A DNA stretch of 53,512 nucleotides from Atractiella rhizophila (Eukaryota). The DNA lies in NCBI GenBank assembly GCA_021432655.1, contig MU271389.1, positions 12,075 to 65,586 on the forward strand, written 5' to 3'. Made by a program: the position numbers and the translations under genes. The notes beneath the pieces are model-generated. The model did no database searches. It saw only the letters and a list, made by a program, of their open reading frames with translations, and had not been told where the DNA came from. The first letter of the stretch is position 1; each line of letters starts with the position of its first letter. Below, one piece after another: positions 12,341-23,622 of the stretch.

Positions 12341-13889
12341 CTATTCTCCACTGATGCTTCTATAACGTCTCAATAGCTCCCTCGCTCCAGCTAATGCGGG
12401 CTCATCGACCTATTTAGCAGTCAGTCTTCCACAATCAAGCAATAACCAAGACTGGCGGACCATTTGCACTCCTCCCCATCCGCCCTTTCCCACCCAATCC
12501 TTCTCCATCAATTCTACCACCGTTCGTCTAAACCCTTCGCTGCTCCACATTCCCGTTCCCAGCACCAAAGTACTTTCTCTAGCATCGATACCATGAGCGA
12601 TACAAAGATTTTGAACCATCTCTGACAGCTTTTCGGCTGCCATTCTAACAACTCGGAGAGAAAGCGGATCTCCTGCTCCTGGAGAAGGAGGTGACGAGGA
12701 GTCTGTGGGGAGGGAAATGGACGGGAAAGCGCAGGCAACCACAAGACGGGCGACTTCAGCAATCTTCACTTTCCGGTTATGCTCTGAAGTTGCTTGGCCT
12801 TCCGATCCTGGCTGAGAGTATACAGCACCTTTAGCCCACCAATCAGTCCACATCAAGCGTTTGACAAGCAGGGACACGTACCAAGCAAATCTGATTGTTG
12901 GGACACTCCATAGTGCTCCAAAGTCAGATTTATCAACGGTGAACTATTCTCGAGATGCATAGTTGTGCCTTGGAAAGCTTTTGATTGTGAATACGACCCT
13001 GTATGCCAATCGCCAATTTCCAAAACGGCTTTAACAGCTTCTGCTCCAACCCAATATGCACTTCCCTCATCCCCTAATAGATACCCATAACCTCCCATCC
13101 GCCCTAGCTGCAGGATATCGCCGTCGATCTCCTTCTCCATGTCCATGACCTCTTCCACAACAGTATGATGCCCATTCATGCCAGACGAACGCCGTGCGAA
13201 CGCCATTCCTATTGATCCGGTGCCGGCAATGAGGACAATACCCCACTTGTGCGAGACATCAATTCCTGAAGCGAGGAGGTAACAATCGTTCGAAACCTTG
13301 AGCCGCTTCTTCTCACTTTCGCTCTTGAGTCCGAAAAGTGAGCTCAATTCAGCATGCATGATTTCAGCATCCTTCTGGACATCGATACCTGCTAATCCTG
13401 CGTGGAGAAGAAGGAAAGGACAGAGAGATGCGGGTGAGCGTGAGGAGGAAGATGGTTGGTCCGGAAGATCGAGAGAATAGGAGCTGAAGAGGTTGAACGA
13501 CGGAAATCGCTCGCGTGCCATATCCATTGCCAGATTCACTGCTCGTCCGATCGAGATGGCAGCCTGACGAGCTCCACGCTCAGTCATATTACTCCCAAAA
13601 CTCTTCCCTCTTCCCAAAATAATGCCATTCCTTGTCGATCACAAAAAAAACATCAATCTCCAACCCGTGCTCTTGACGGGAAGAAAAGAGCTCACGCGTC
13701 GAGAATGATCACATTAGTCTTCGTGCCTCCTCCATCAATACAGCAGAAAAAGGGCTCTCTAGGTTGAGCAGTAAGGTCCTGCAGGAGCGAGAGAGATTGA
13801 GCTGCAGGACTTGGGGACGGCAGGAGTGGGACTTCATCGGGAACTGCTGCTAGATTGGAGAGAGGTTTGGGTTGTAGTAGGGTAGCCAT
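12341..13889 (-). CDS. BadF/BadG/BcrA/BcrD-family sugar kinase (N-acetylglucosamine/MurNAc kinase-like)
   Basis: IDGGGTKT phosphate-1 motif, GLAG, SND, GIVLIAGTGS, GGYGYLLGDEGSAYWVG, C-terminal VDEPALAGA; 3 introns. Confidence 0.88.
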
Positions 13890-14225
13890 CGTGGGAGCTG
13901 TTGCTGTACCGGAAGGCCTCTGGAAGGTGGATTGATGAAGGATATTTTAGCTGGATGTTGCACACGATCTCGCAACAAGATCAGCTCCAAGGTTCCGAAA
14001 TTGAGCCTTCCCGTCCTTTCATCATTTTCTCTCGTTGTAAAAATAAAGAGGTTCATACATTTTAGCAACAAGGAGCCTGCGACATTACACTGGCTATACA
14101 CATAATGCACTGCTGAGAATAGGAACAAGCAATCAAAGCAATAATGAGAAGAAGAATGCACGAATGGAGATACACAACCCGATGCACATGTAAAGTGCTT
14201 CAGCGTTTTCGAAGGGAATGCAGGG

Positions 14226-16615
14226 CTACGATTTGGTTGCCAAACTTGCGATCGTTTGCGCAACAACGACAATCGACCCAGGAGCAATGCCACCAAACAC
14301 TCCGAAATCCTGCCACTGCAATCCAACCCACGAGATTAATGTCAATTCAAGCACGTCGTGCGGAGGATGGAAGGACAAACCATTCTTCTCCCACTCAGTC
14401 GTCGCTGCAGCTCTCGCTCCTTATGCATAAGCAGAGAGTCTTGACTTCCAGCGGGGTCACTGCTATGCTCGCCATCGAAAGATGGATGTTGTTCTGAGGT
14501 CGGAGAGGTTGGGGAGATAAATATCGATCGTGCTTTTCGGACATGAAAGAGGATTATGAAGTGGAAAGCTGTCAAAGCAAATCATCACTCCTGTCAACAA
14601 AAACGAGGTGACCTTGGAAAATGACGAACCAGGTGTCAACCACGAGTTCAAAGCCACGCCAAATCCTCCAACAAGTTCTCCTAAGCTCACCATCCCCTCA
14701 CTCCAGCAAATAGCCACTGCAGCGAGTGAACCCCAAACCAAGACCTCCCTAGTAAGCCAAGCCAACATCTTCCACATTTTCTGAGATTTCCTCTTCCTCA
14801 CTTGCGGTTGAAGGATTGGTTCATACCCCTCCTCCCGTCTACTCTGAAAAGCCCACCACCCAGCCCTAGCCAGAAAGCTAGACGTCGGCTGTAAGATTCT
14901 CCTCAGATTTGACAGCGTTGCCAATACCATCCCCACTCTCAAAACATCCATCCATCCATCCGGCTGAGAAATGGCAGGTGAGAGAAGCACATTGCTCCTC
15001 ATCCCCTCGCTCCCTCCCACGACATGCCATCCGACAACCGCCCACCCCGTCGCCAGCCCAAAAGTAACCACGAGACCTGAGAAGCATGCGAGCTCCCATC
15101 TGTCGCTCCTCAACTTCCTCAAAATCCTCTTCCTCCTCCCAAACCCAATATTGGAGAAAGCATCTGCTCCTCCCATGCTCGCACGCTTATTCGAAGGCGT
15201 TCTCCTTAGAGAACGGAGCAAGGAAAATGCGTGAGGATGCGGTGCGAATGTGGCGAGAGCTAGGCAGATCGCCCCCCATGAACTGTTATGCAGGATATCC
15301 GGCTTCTCTAGAGGTAGGGAAGGGTCGTCAATGCTAGGTTCTTGAAGCTTGCGAGGTCGTAAACCAAAGATCAAGAGACCGGCGGAGTATACAGTGAGGA
15401 CGAAGAGTGTCGGAAGACGCTGCAGAGAGAATAGTGAACCGGAGGATGCCTTAGCTGTTTGCTTGTAATGACGATGACGGGACGAGGCGTGCGGTGGTAG
15501 AACGGGTTGGCGAGGGATAAAGAGAGATTTGATTGGGGGAGTGAGCATGAGACATAGAGAGAGGAAGACGACGACGAAAACGCGAGTTCGGAGTACTGGG
15601 GCATGTGGAAACCAGTGCTTCATCAGTTGTTGGACCTGCAAATAGGATTAACACTGTCTCCAATCTGCAAAAGAGCCATCGAACTAGATCACAAGCACCC
15701 ATGAATCCTACTGTCGCTCGTCCCCATTCCGTCCCTCCTCTCCAAAGTTCGACCCCGATCTCGCCTAGCTTTGCAAGCCAAGAACCATACGGGAACACGG
15801 ACTTGGCTAAGCCGGGAAAAGACAATGAGCCCGTGTATCGAACCTATCCGTCAATGCTAAATATACTGAGGCTTGGTGAAGAGAAGTAGGGTACAAACCT
15901 GCATAGATATGAGAACGAGAGTGAACCAGCTACCAAAAGCTGCTATGAGGAGGATGGGGATGAACAATTTGGCGTGACCTCCCAAGAGGTCGAGAGCATA
16001 AGGAAGAGAGAAGACGACCGGTGGTAAACTATCAACTCCTTCTCCATTCCTATTCTCTTGATAAGGAAGAGAGACACACCATATTGCAATGATTTCGCAG
16101 CCGACTTCTGTCCAATGCAATTCTCCACCAGCAAAGATCTCTTGCTCCCTTCCACCTCCATAGACTCTCCGCCGTCCTCTCTCCCGTTCCTCATTCCACA
16201 CCTCTTGCCTCCCGTCTTCTAAGCCATCATACCACCAAGCCACATCCTCCTCCTCTTCCTCCTCCCGGTCCCTAGACCTATCTCTTTCGTCACGGTCATC
16301 CAATTCGTCCAGCGGTTCCTCTGGTCCTTCAGTCTCATCATCGGAATGCGAAGCCACCCGTGTTAACAGCTTCGTTCTGCGTGAAGGAGAGGCATCTTCA
16401 CGTTCAGTCTCCGTAGAGGACTCGTTGGATTCTGGAGGGGAAGGAGTCGGGGTTGGAGCGAGCTCGAGTGATTCGGGGGGGTTGAAGTATTCGGTGTCGC
16501 CGCTGCTGGAGGCGAAAGAAACGCTCGACTTTGGCGTTGGCGGAACCGTCGAGAGCGAGAGACGATGGGAGCTCCGCGACTGGGAAGAACGTGATGCGTG
16601 CCGTGACGAAGACAT
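14226..16615 (-). CDS. Polytopic membrane protein, amino acid transporter (Aa_trans/AAAP)-like, with acidic Ser-rich N-terminus
   Basis: FSLPYAL, several hydrophobic TM segments, G.SFPGLAKSVFP; last exon WQDFGVFGGIAPGSIVVVAQTIASLATKS*. Confidence 0.7.
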
Positions 16616-17057
16616 GAAAATTGTCGACAATGTTGGTGGTTATTTCCAAGTTTAGCGCCTCCCGAGGTCCCATATTTCAAATTCCAAACAGGGGCATCTT
16701 GCAAAGCCACATGGCCGGCAACTTCCTGTTCATCCTCATGCTGACTTCAGCGATCGAGCAGCCGACTCACTGTGGAGCTCACCAACATATATAAAGGTTT
16801 AGACCAAGAAAGGTCCGCCCGCGAACGACCATCCAGATCCAAACCAGGGTCCGCTTCCAGCACGTGTTCCGAGCTCGCTTGAAGGCTTTCTTCAGAGCAA
16901 CCAATCTGCAGTGGTATCTACATTACCTACTACTTTTCGTAGTCGGATGTCCATGAAAGGACTGTCGCGTGTCAACCCCTTATAATTGCAATTGTAACAC
17001 AAGACATCTCAAAGTTCCTATCGCAAGCTGAAGATCCTGAACTGCCCATCTGCAGCA

Positions 17058-18079
17058 ATGTGCATCATATTCTGGTCTACTTCTCACCCTAAATACTCTC
17101 TGTAAGTATTCCATCGGATGTTGACCGTCGACTGATCCTCCAATAGAATCCTGATTGCAAATCGAGACGAATTCCTGGCACGCCCAGCGCTTCCAGCGTC
17201 CCTCCACAATTTCTCTACCACCTCTTCCGATCCCCCTTCCTCCCGTCCCATCCTCAGCGGCATCGACGTCCAAGCCTCTGGAACATGGATAGGTGTCAAT
17301 CTATCCACGCTCCACTTCGGCGCGTTGACAAACTTCACTGAAAACGTAGAGACCATTCAAGGTCGACCGTCCCGGGGCGACTTCGTCAAGAATTGGCTGT
17401 CGGACGGCGGAACGAGCGTGGAAGCCTGGCTGAGCGATGTGGAGGAGCGAAAGGAGCCCTATGCAGGATTTAATTTTTTATTTGGAACCCTGAATCCATT
17501 GAAGTTGGCGTATGTCACCAATCGGAGTGGGAAGGGAGGGAGGGTGTTGGTTCAGGAGGGAGAGATGGGTCTCACGAATAACACGCTCGATGATCCGAAG
17601 TGCTGGCAGAAGACAGAGATTGGACTTGCCGCGTTCAAGAGAGTCCTTGAAGACGAAAAGGAAGACAAGGAGCTAATCAAGGAACTGTGGGAGGTTATTT
17701 CGTAAGTATTTCCTCAGGCTCCCCCTCCAGGCTGATGAGCTATCAAACACGACAACCTACAGACAACCGTCAATTAAAGGGAGCACGAATAGAGAGGAGA
17801 TCAGACAGACCGTCCTCGTCCCTCCCATGCCGTTCCCGGATCCTTATGGAACATATGCAACAAAGGTACAAACGATGATCCTTTTGGAACGTATGGAGAC
17901 GAAGGAGGGAAAGAGGAGGCTCGTCTTTATTGAACGCGACGGCTTTGTACTTGATGAAGATGGAAATGCGAATTGGAGTGGGGAGGAAAGGAATTTTGAG
18001 GTAGAAGTTCCTATCCTTGTGAGTAGACATTGTTTCCAGCACGTTAAGTTTTGACTGATGCTTTGGAAAGACCGCATAA
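17058..18079 (+). CDS. TANGO2: NRDE/TANGO2 family protein
   Basis: N-terminal MCIIFW, ILIANRDEFLARPA, GTWIGV, LTNF, SRG, YAGFNFL, YGTYATKVQTMIL; last exon encodes only TA*. Confidence 0.93.
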
Positions 18080-18377
18080 GCAATGGCGCCGCCCAATAAA
18101 AACTGTTGTAAATCATTGGCCGAGACTAGTATAAATGTCATTGCATTCACTAATTGACTTCAACTATTTTTGCAACATTTGGTTCCGCTTTGGCGTTGAC
18201 TTTTGAAGATGTGAACAACATATGAGAATGATCTGGCAACATACTGAAAGATAAAAGGGGTATGGCGAGGGGCAACAACATGGTGCGGTATAACAATGGT
18301 AGGGGTATATCTTCAACGATGAACACATAAGCAGAAGATCACATTTCGAAAGAACCCAAAAGAAGAGACTTCACGAT

Positions 18378-19708
18378 TTAAGAGCCATGGTAGAAAACGC
18401 AAAGCTCCACATCGACTGTGCCGATTCTCGTATCTCCAAAAGAAGCCGCCAATGCTGCATTCCATACCTCGAGGGGTAACAAATGCATGAATTTGGCGTT
18501 GATTTTCCTGAGATGGCCCCTGCGCGGATTGAGGAGGATTCTGAGAAAAGCAAGATAGTCGTTCCCAAAGTCCATGCTCAGGATATGAGGAACACAGTCC
18601 ACTTCTGTGAAATTCGGAATGATGTGAGGCGCTTCAAGGTGTTGGAGCTTGAAACACGCTGGAAAGTCGTCGGGTAGCTCCAGAGCGCCATTTCGATTTG
18701 TCGTCGTGATTGAAAGACTGCGAAGGTTGCGTGAAGCTGGCCCAATGATGTCGTATAGGTCTCTTATCGCTGTTCCATTCTCCATGTTCGCCTCTGGTCG
18801 CACCTCACATCCTAAATGCTGGATCCTTTCGAAACCTCCCCGCAACATGTTCGCTACTCCGAGCGCGTGATTTGCTGGTCTCCTCCCCCGTCCGACTGGC
18901 AGCGAGACACCCAAATAATTGAGCCTGAAAGCAACCCTGAAACCTTCTGGAGCGTAGCAGACGAATTTGGAGGAAAGGTCCAGTCGAAGTGTGTGGAGAT
19001 GCTTCAAAGGAGTCAGAACGAGAATGATCATCTCGAGCGTAGGTGGCCAGCGGAGCGTGAGTGACGTAAGGCGAGCGAGCGCTCCAACCGCGAGAGAGAG
19101 GTCTGTCACATTCCTCGTAGCGGACCAGTACATGTAATCGAGCTCAATCTCTTCCACCAACGAGCACCTTCGCAGAAGGAAGCCGAACATGGCACCAAGC
19201 TGGATTTGCTCCTGTGGTCTGTCCACATTGGGTGCAAGTTGCAAAACCATTTCGGTGACGGAATCATAGAGCGTTTCGTCTACTTCAAATACTTGACGAA
19301 TGGATGGGTAAGAGATGGTATTTCGACCAATTTGGGTCTGTTGGATTTGAGAGAGTGCAGTGATACAGACGCGGGAAAAGTAGGCGCGGCGAACTAGCGC
19401 TGTCCAACTACTATGCACTGTCGAGAGCTCTACACTCCCCATCGCATCAGATGGTGATTTGCACAGGAAAGCAAAGGCGAACGACGCCAGACCCTGAGAC
19501 GCCCTGCCCTGTCGTCTCGTCTCAAGAATCGCAAGGTCCAATTCAGCTCTCGACATGTTCGCTCATCGGCTGCAGCCTGAAATACGAATCTGAAAATGTG
19601 CTCCTTCAAGTGCTCAGACAAGTCCTGGAAAGTAGGACCGCGTTGCCTTGAGCTATGCAGGAAGGAATGAGAGGTCGAGCGCTGGGGTGGTGGACGGTAC
19701 CAGGCCAT
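18378..19708 (-). CDS. F-box-like / RNI-like leucine-rich repeat protein
   Basis: Exon 1 FQDLSEHLKEHIFRFV (F-box-like); long ORF with LSTVHSSW and LxxLxL repeats (LTSLTL, LHTLRL, LRSLSI, LQHLEA); intron position near 19430-19490 uncertain. Confidence 0.55.
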
Positions 19709-21059
19709 GCTCGTTTTCGAGCTCGTTGTGTGTTTGATCAGGACGCCAAAGTTCTATCTGACCTCTCCATAGATATCGGTGAACCGAAGGCTGAAGGGAG
19801 ATCTGCCGATTCAGCCCTGTTGACGACAGTTTAACAATTTGAGGAGAATTTTGAACCTACGGGGTAATAAAACATGATACTATCCGCTGAGTAACTGAGC
19901 TTCAACTCAGCTTTCAGTTTGAGGAAATTTAGATTTGACAGAAATTGAAGCGTTTAGACGCAAACATTTCGCCTTTGCTTTCACGTTCAATCAACGTCCG
20001 CAAAACTCGTGCTTGATTGGCCCTACAATATTATCTGATATTGTTCAATGAGGTTGCACGCCTACGCCTCTTCCTGGCGGCTGGCGAGCTAGCCGACGCG
20101 ATCCAAACAATATACCCGCATTCTCGTAGCCGATTTTCGACAAACATGGAACAACTCCACGAAATGTTTGGTGGTTTGGATCGAGAATTCCTTGAGCAAG
20201 AGCAGAAAGACTTCCCTAATTGTTCCCAACAAACACGGACTGACATAAACGAATTCAACAATGTCCAGAGAGTGAGAAGAAGAAACTAGAGGATGACTAC
20301 ACGCCGTCTGACCTGTTCGACATGGAACTCTTTTAGAGTGCGAGTTGATACGAGCTGACGAGATAACTGGCGAGGAGGTTCGAAAAGATGGATAAGGCGC
20401 CGAGGAAGGGAGGATAGTGTTGTTTAATATGGCTTGGATGGCGAGTTTGACCTGTCAGTGTGGAGCCGTGTGTTCAATTTCCCCAGAATTCCTGTCCTAA
20501 ATTATGCAAGTTTGCGAAAGAAGGGATGTTGTTGCAGCTGTGAAAAGCCGGAGGAGGGATGTTTGCACCAACCCTCTTTGAAGGTCTTGATGCCATGGTC
20601 GACGATAGAGAACTGCAGCTTACTCTTTTCTTGCGACATGTCACCAAATAGTGGTGTATTTGAACGTTGTCAATACTAGACAGCAAAATTACGCTGCACA
20701 GCTCAGATCATTTGTTCTGGAGCAGCCATTATGCCACAATTTGTCGGAGCCTCTTTGTAAAGAAGTCGCTTTTTCTCCATCGTGATTCAAATCAGTTTAG
20801 CTCGTTGGCGATTTGTCACTTGAGGGTAGACCGAGAGAGCTCCTATAACATGGCTATCAGAAATGACAAAACATCATTTGCCTTTAAGTTATCGAGCGTT
20901 TAACTGTGAAAGAGATGTCGCTAGGCTCTTCCGGTGGACATAATGTTGAGGTCGAGGTCGAACGCTTTGGCGACCTTACCAGAGCGGAGTGACGGAGAGC
21001 TCAGGCGCGATAGGTTCAAGGAAACATCAATTTTACTGCTGTATATGAATGTCCATCGA

Positions 21060-21557
21060 CTATTGGCTAAGGTCGCTTCGTCGAGCTGACTCTTGTCTGA
21101 GTAAAGCTTTGGTGCGAGGAGAAAGGGGGTTAAGATCCGTTTCAATGCAAAATCACTTCTTCACCGTTATTTTCAACATCCTCCACCACTTGTTGGAACG
21201 ATTCTTTTGTCTTTTGCGCACGCAGGCCTCGATGGCCTCTCGCAAAGAACGTACATCCGCTTCCTCCAGCAGATATTGGTTTTCTCTGTTGATATCGGCA
21301 AGTTGCTGTTCAAATGTCTGAACCCTTTGGTCGAGGGCTTCCTTGATTGCGTGTCGAGCCGCTGTACATTCGCTGCAGGTGCAGTGGTAGGAAGAAGGAG
21401 GTGTTAGGGGTTGGGCAAGCGAATCGCAAAAAGGAATTGGGTGAGAACTGTCCGCTTGAATATCGTTGTCTCCTCCGACAATTAAGGAACTTGGAGGGGT
21501 GGGAGGACTCGGATTCTGGATGCTTTCTCTCTTCGTTGAGTATACAGCGCCATCCAT
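21060..21557 (-). pseudogene. Gene A copy 1: coiled-coil protein paralog of 31157-31603 with premature TGA
   Basis: ...KNRSNKWWRMLKITVKK*FCIETDLNPLSPRTKALLRQE...; TGA at 21153-21155 aligns with TGC (Cys) in copy 2. Confidence 0.7.
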
Positions 21558-22071
21558 ATGTTACTCGTGGTGGTTGGTGCTGGGGATAGAGGGGACGACC
21601 GCACCCTTTTGCGAGTAACGGCAAATATTGGAACGGTGCCGCTTGGTAGGTCAACTTGACTTAGTTTCTTCCTGGATCAGTTCACTTCGATTCGAGTGGC
21701 AGGAAGAGGAGCTTACAAGATGGAGGATGTGTTTGTGAAGGGACGAAGCAAACTTGAAGACCTTTAGAGTTGCTTGAAGATGCTGCCGAAGGAAACTGTG
21801 GACCGGCGCGAGCAGAAGCTCTGGGGACTTGGAGACTCCGAAGTCCAGCCCTGCCTCTTATAGGTTCTCTCATAGACTTCCCGCCTCCTTTCTCGTGAGA
21901 AACGGAGCAAGCTGGCGTGGGAACGGGAAACAAAACGGTATCAGACTTTATGGATATTGCAACGCCGATTTTCAACCTGTTATTCATTCTCAACCACTTT
22001 CGTCTGGCGCACATCAGTAATCAGACACCATCAGCCCTTTCTTTACTCAACGACGAACGGGATCCTCAGCT

Positions 22072-22895
22072 ATGACTTGCCCTTGCCTGCTGGAACACCT
22101 TCGTTTTCTTGAGTGGATTTTGGCAGGCGACGAGCGAGATGATCAGGAGGGAGCCTTAAGAGCACACCAAAGGAAGAAGGAGAGGATGCGCCCTCTGATG
22201 CGAAAATTAGGCCGCGAGAAAGCTATATACCACCGTAATCAAGTTACTCCTGAGAAGGTCTGGACCGAGAAAAGCGACGGCGGAGACGTGATATTGCTCA
22301 CGAAGTTCAGATCTGGAGAAGGTGAGGAGAGCTCTGCAGGGTTCAAGACTCAGCTAATATTTATCTAAGTCGTGGTTGATAACTCGCCGACTACCTTGTT
22401 GGAGGCAAGAAGCGGACCTAGTGAGGTGTTCCTCTCTATCATTGTTCGTCAGCTGAATCAACCCTTCCAGTGAATAACAAATCACGCCCCAGGATCCCCA
22501 AAATACTTGACTTCGACTTTGCAAGACGGTTGCATCTTCCTGTTTGGCTTGAATCGCTCCGCCAAAAAGGCAACCGAATCGAAGGTCGGGTGGATCGCTC
22601 GATTCACCAGCGGCGCGCTGGTCACCTTCACTAAATGGAGATTTGGCCAAGGTATGTGGAAAGTGACCGTATGGTCACGGGCTTACAGATTCTGTAGTGA
22701 CTTGGGAGAGCCATACCGAAGGCTACGTGTACGGCTGCGTCGAAACTGACGTTTACATGGCTGGTACGACCCTTAGTCTCAGTCCTTTTCGTTTAGCTGA
22801 CAGGGAAAGCAGCGCAGTATAGCCTCGAGGCCGGCAAGAATAAACATCTTTTCAGGAGACTTAGACTCTCCGACGGTATGATGAGCGCTCGATGA
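22072..22895 (+). pseudogene. Gene B copy 1: 5-exon hypothetical protein with +1 frameshift
   Basis: Same exon/intron layout as 29803-30630; extra G in GGTCGGGTGG (22588-22590) versus GGTCGCTGG in copy 2 breaks the EGRWIA frame. Confidence 0.72.
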
Positions 22896-23622
22896 GCGTT
22901 CGACCTCCAACGATCGCGGCTCCCCTTCGTATCGCGCTGCCGGAGTTTGCAGTCCTTAATGCCTGTAACCATTGCTTGTTTCGTTTACTTATCATCATGA
23001 TATCGTTCCATCAGCGTACGATTATTCCAATTTCGATTTCATCTGCTACTGCTCTTCTTTTTCCGTTCCCTTTGCTTCTTCCAGATCACTGTTTGCGACT
23101 GCTTCTACTTTTGTGGAGCATCGAAAAAGACTTGTCCTGTTCCACCGGTGGGACATTTCTTAGTGAAGGAAGTATCCTGCCAAGACGAAGCAACGGCACG
23201 GCTGGGTAATGTGTCGAAGAACATCTATGCATATTCGAGGAGCACAAAATGGTCGGGCGTCACAGAACATGATGTCGAGTAGGGGCAACAGAACAGACCC
23301 CTTCAATCAATCAAACAAGGGAGACATGGAAGCTCGCAGTCAAGTCCAACGAACGAAATTTGAAGGGAATGGGAGGCACTGGATATACCGGACGATTGAA
23401 AATCAACACCAGCCTGAATCACTGTTTCAATAAATTGAAGATGAAGGAGAGAATTATGGGATTATTAAAGCTCCTCTAAGAACAAACTGAAGCTCAAGAC
23501 GTAACTTAGATCGTTGAACATCCCGGGATACGGACGAAACCTGCTTTACTATCGTCAATCCTTTAATCTCGAGTGTGACAACGAGAGGGACAGAGACTTA
23601 CCCAACTATGTCAGCGCTGTGC

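Larger units (their letters stand above)
20645..22895. repeat. Left arm of inverted segmental duplication (gene A + gene B cassette)
   Basis: Reverse complement aligns by eye with 29803-32045 over gene B, the gene A 3' half and noncoding flank (e.g. TAGCGACATCTCTTTC vs TAGCGGCATCTCTTTC; GTATTGACAA..TCAAATA); ends approximate. Confidence 0.9.

Noticed and set aside
20017..20289. Short ORF with LILFNEVARLR, reminiscent of the ribosome-inactivating protein ExxR motif
   Set aside because: No ATG in context, no upstream catalytic Tyr region or downstream Trp, and too short; would need an HMM hit
21153..21155. Selenocysteine recoding of the TGA at a Cys position
   Set aside because: Dikarya are not known to have Sec machinery, and no SECIS was recognised
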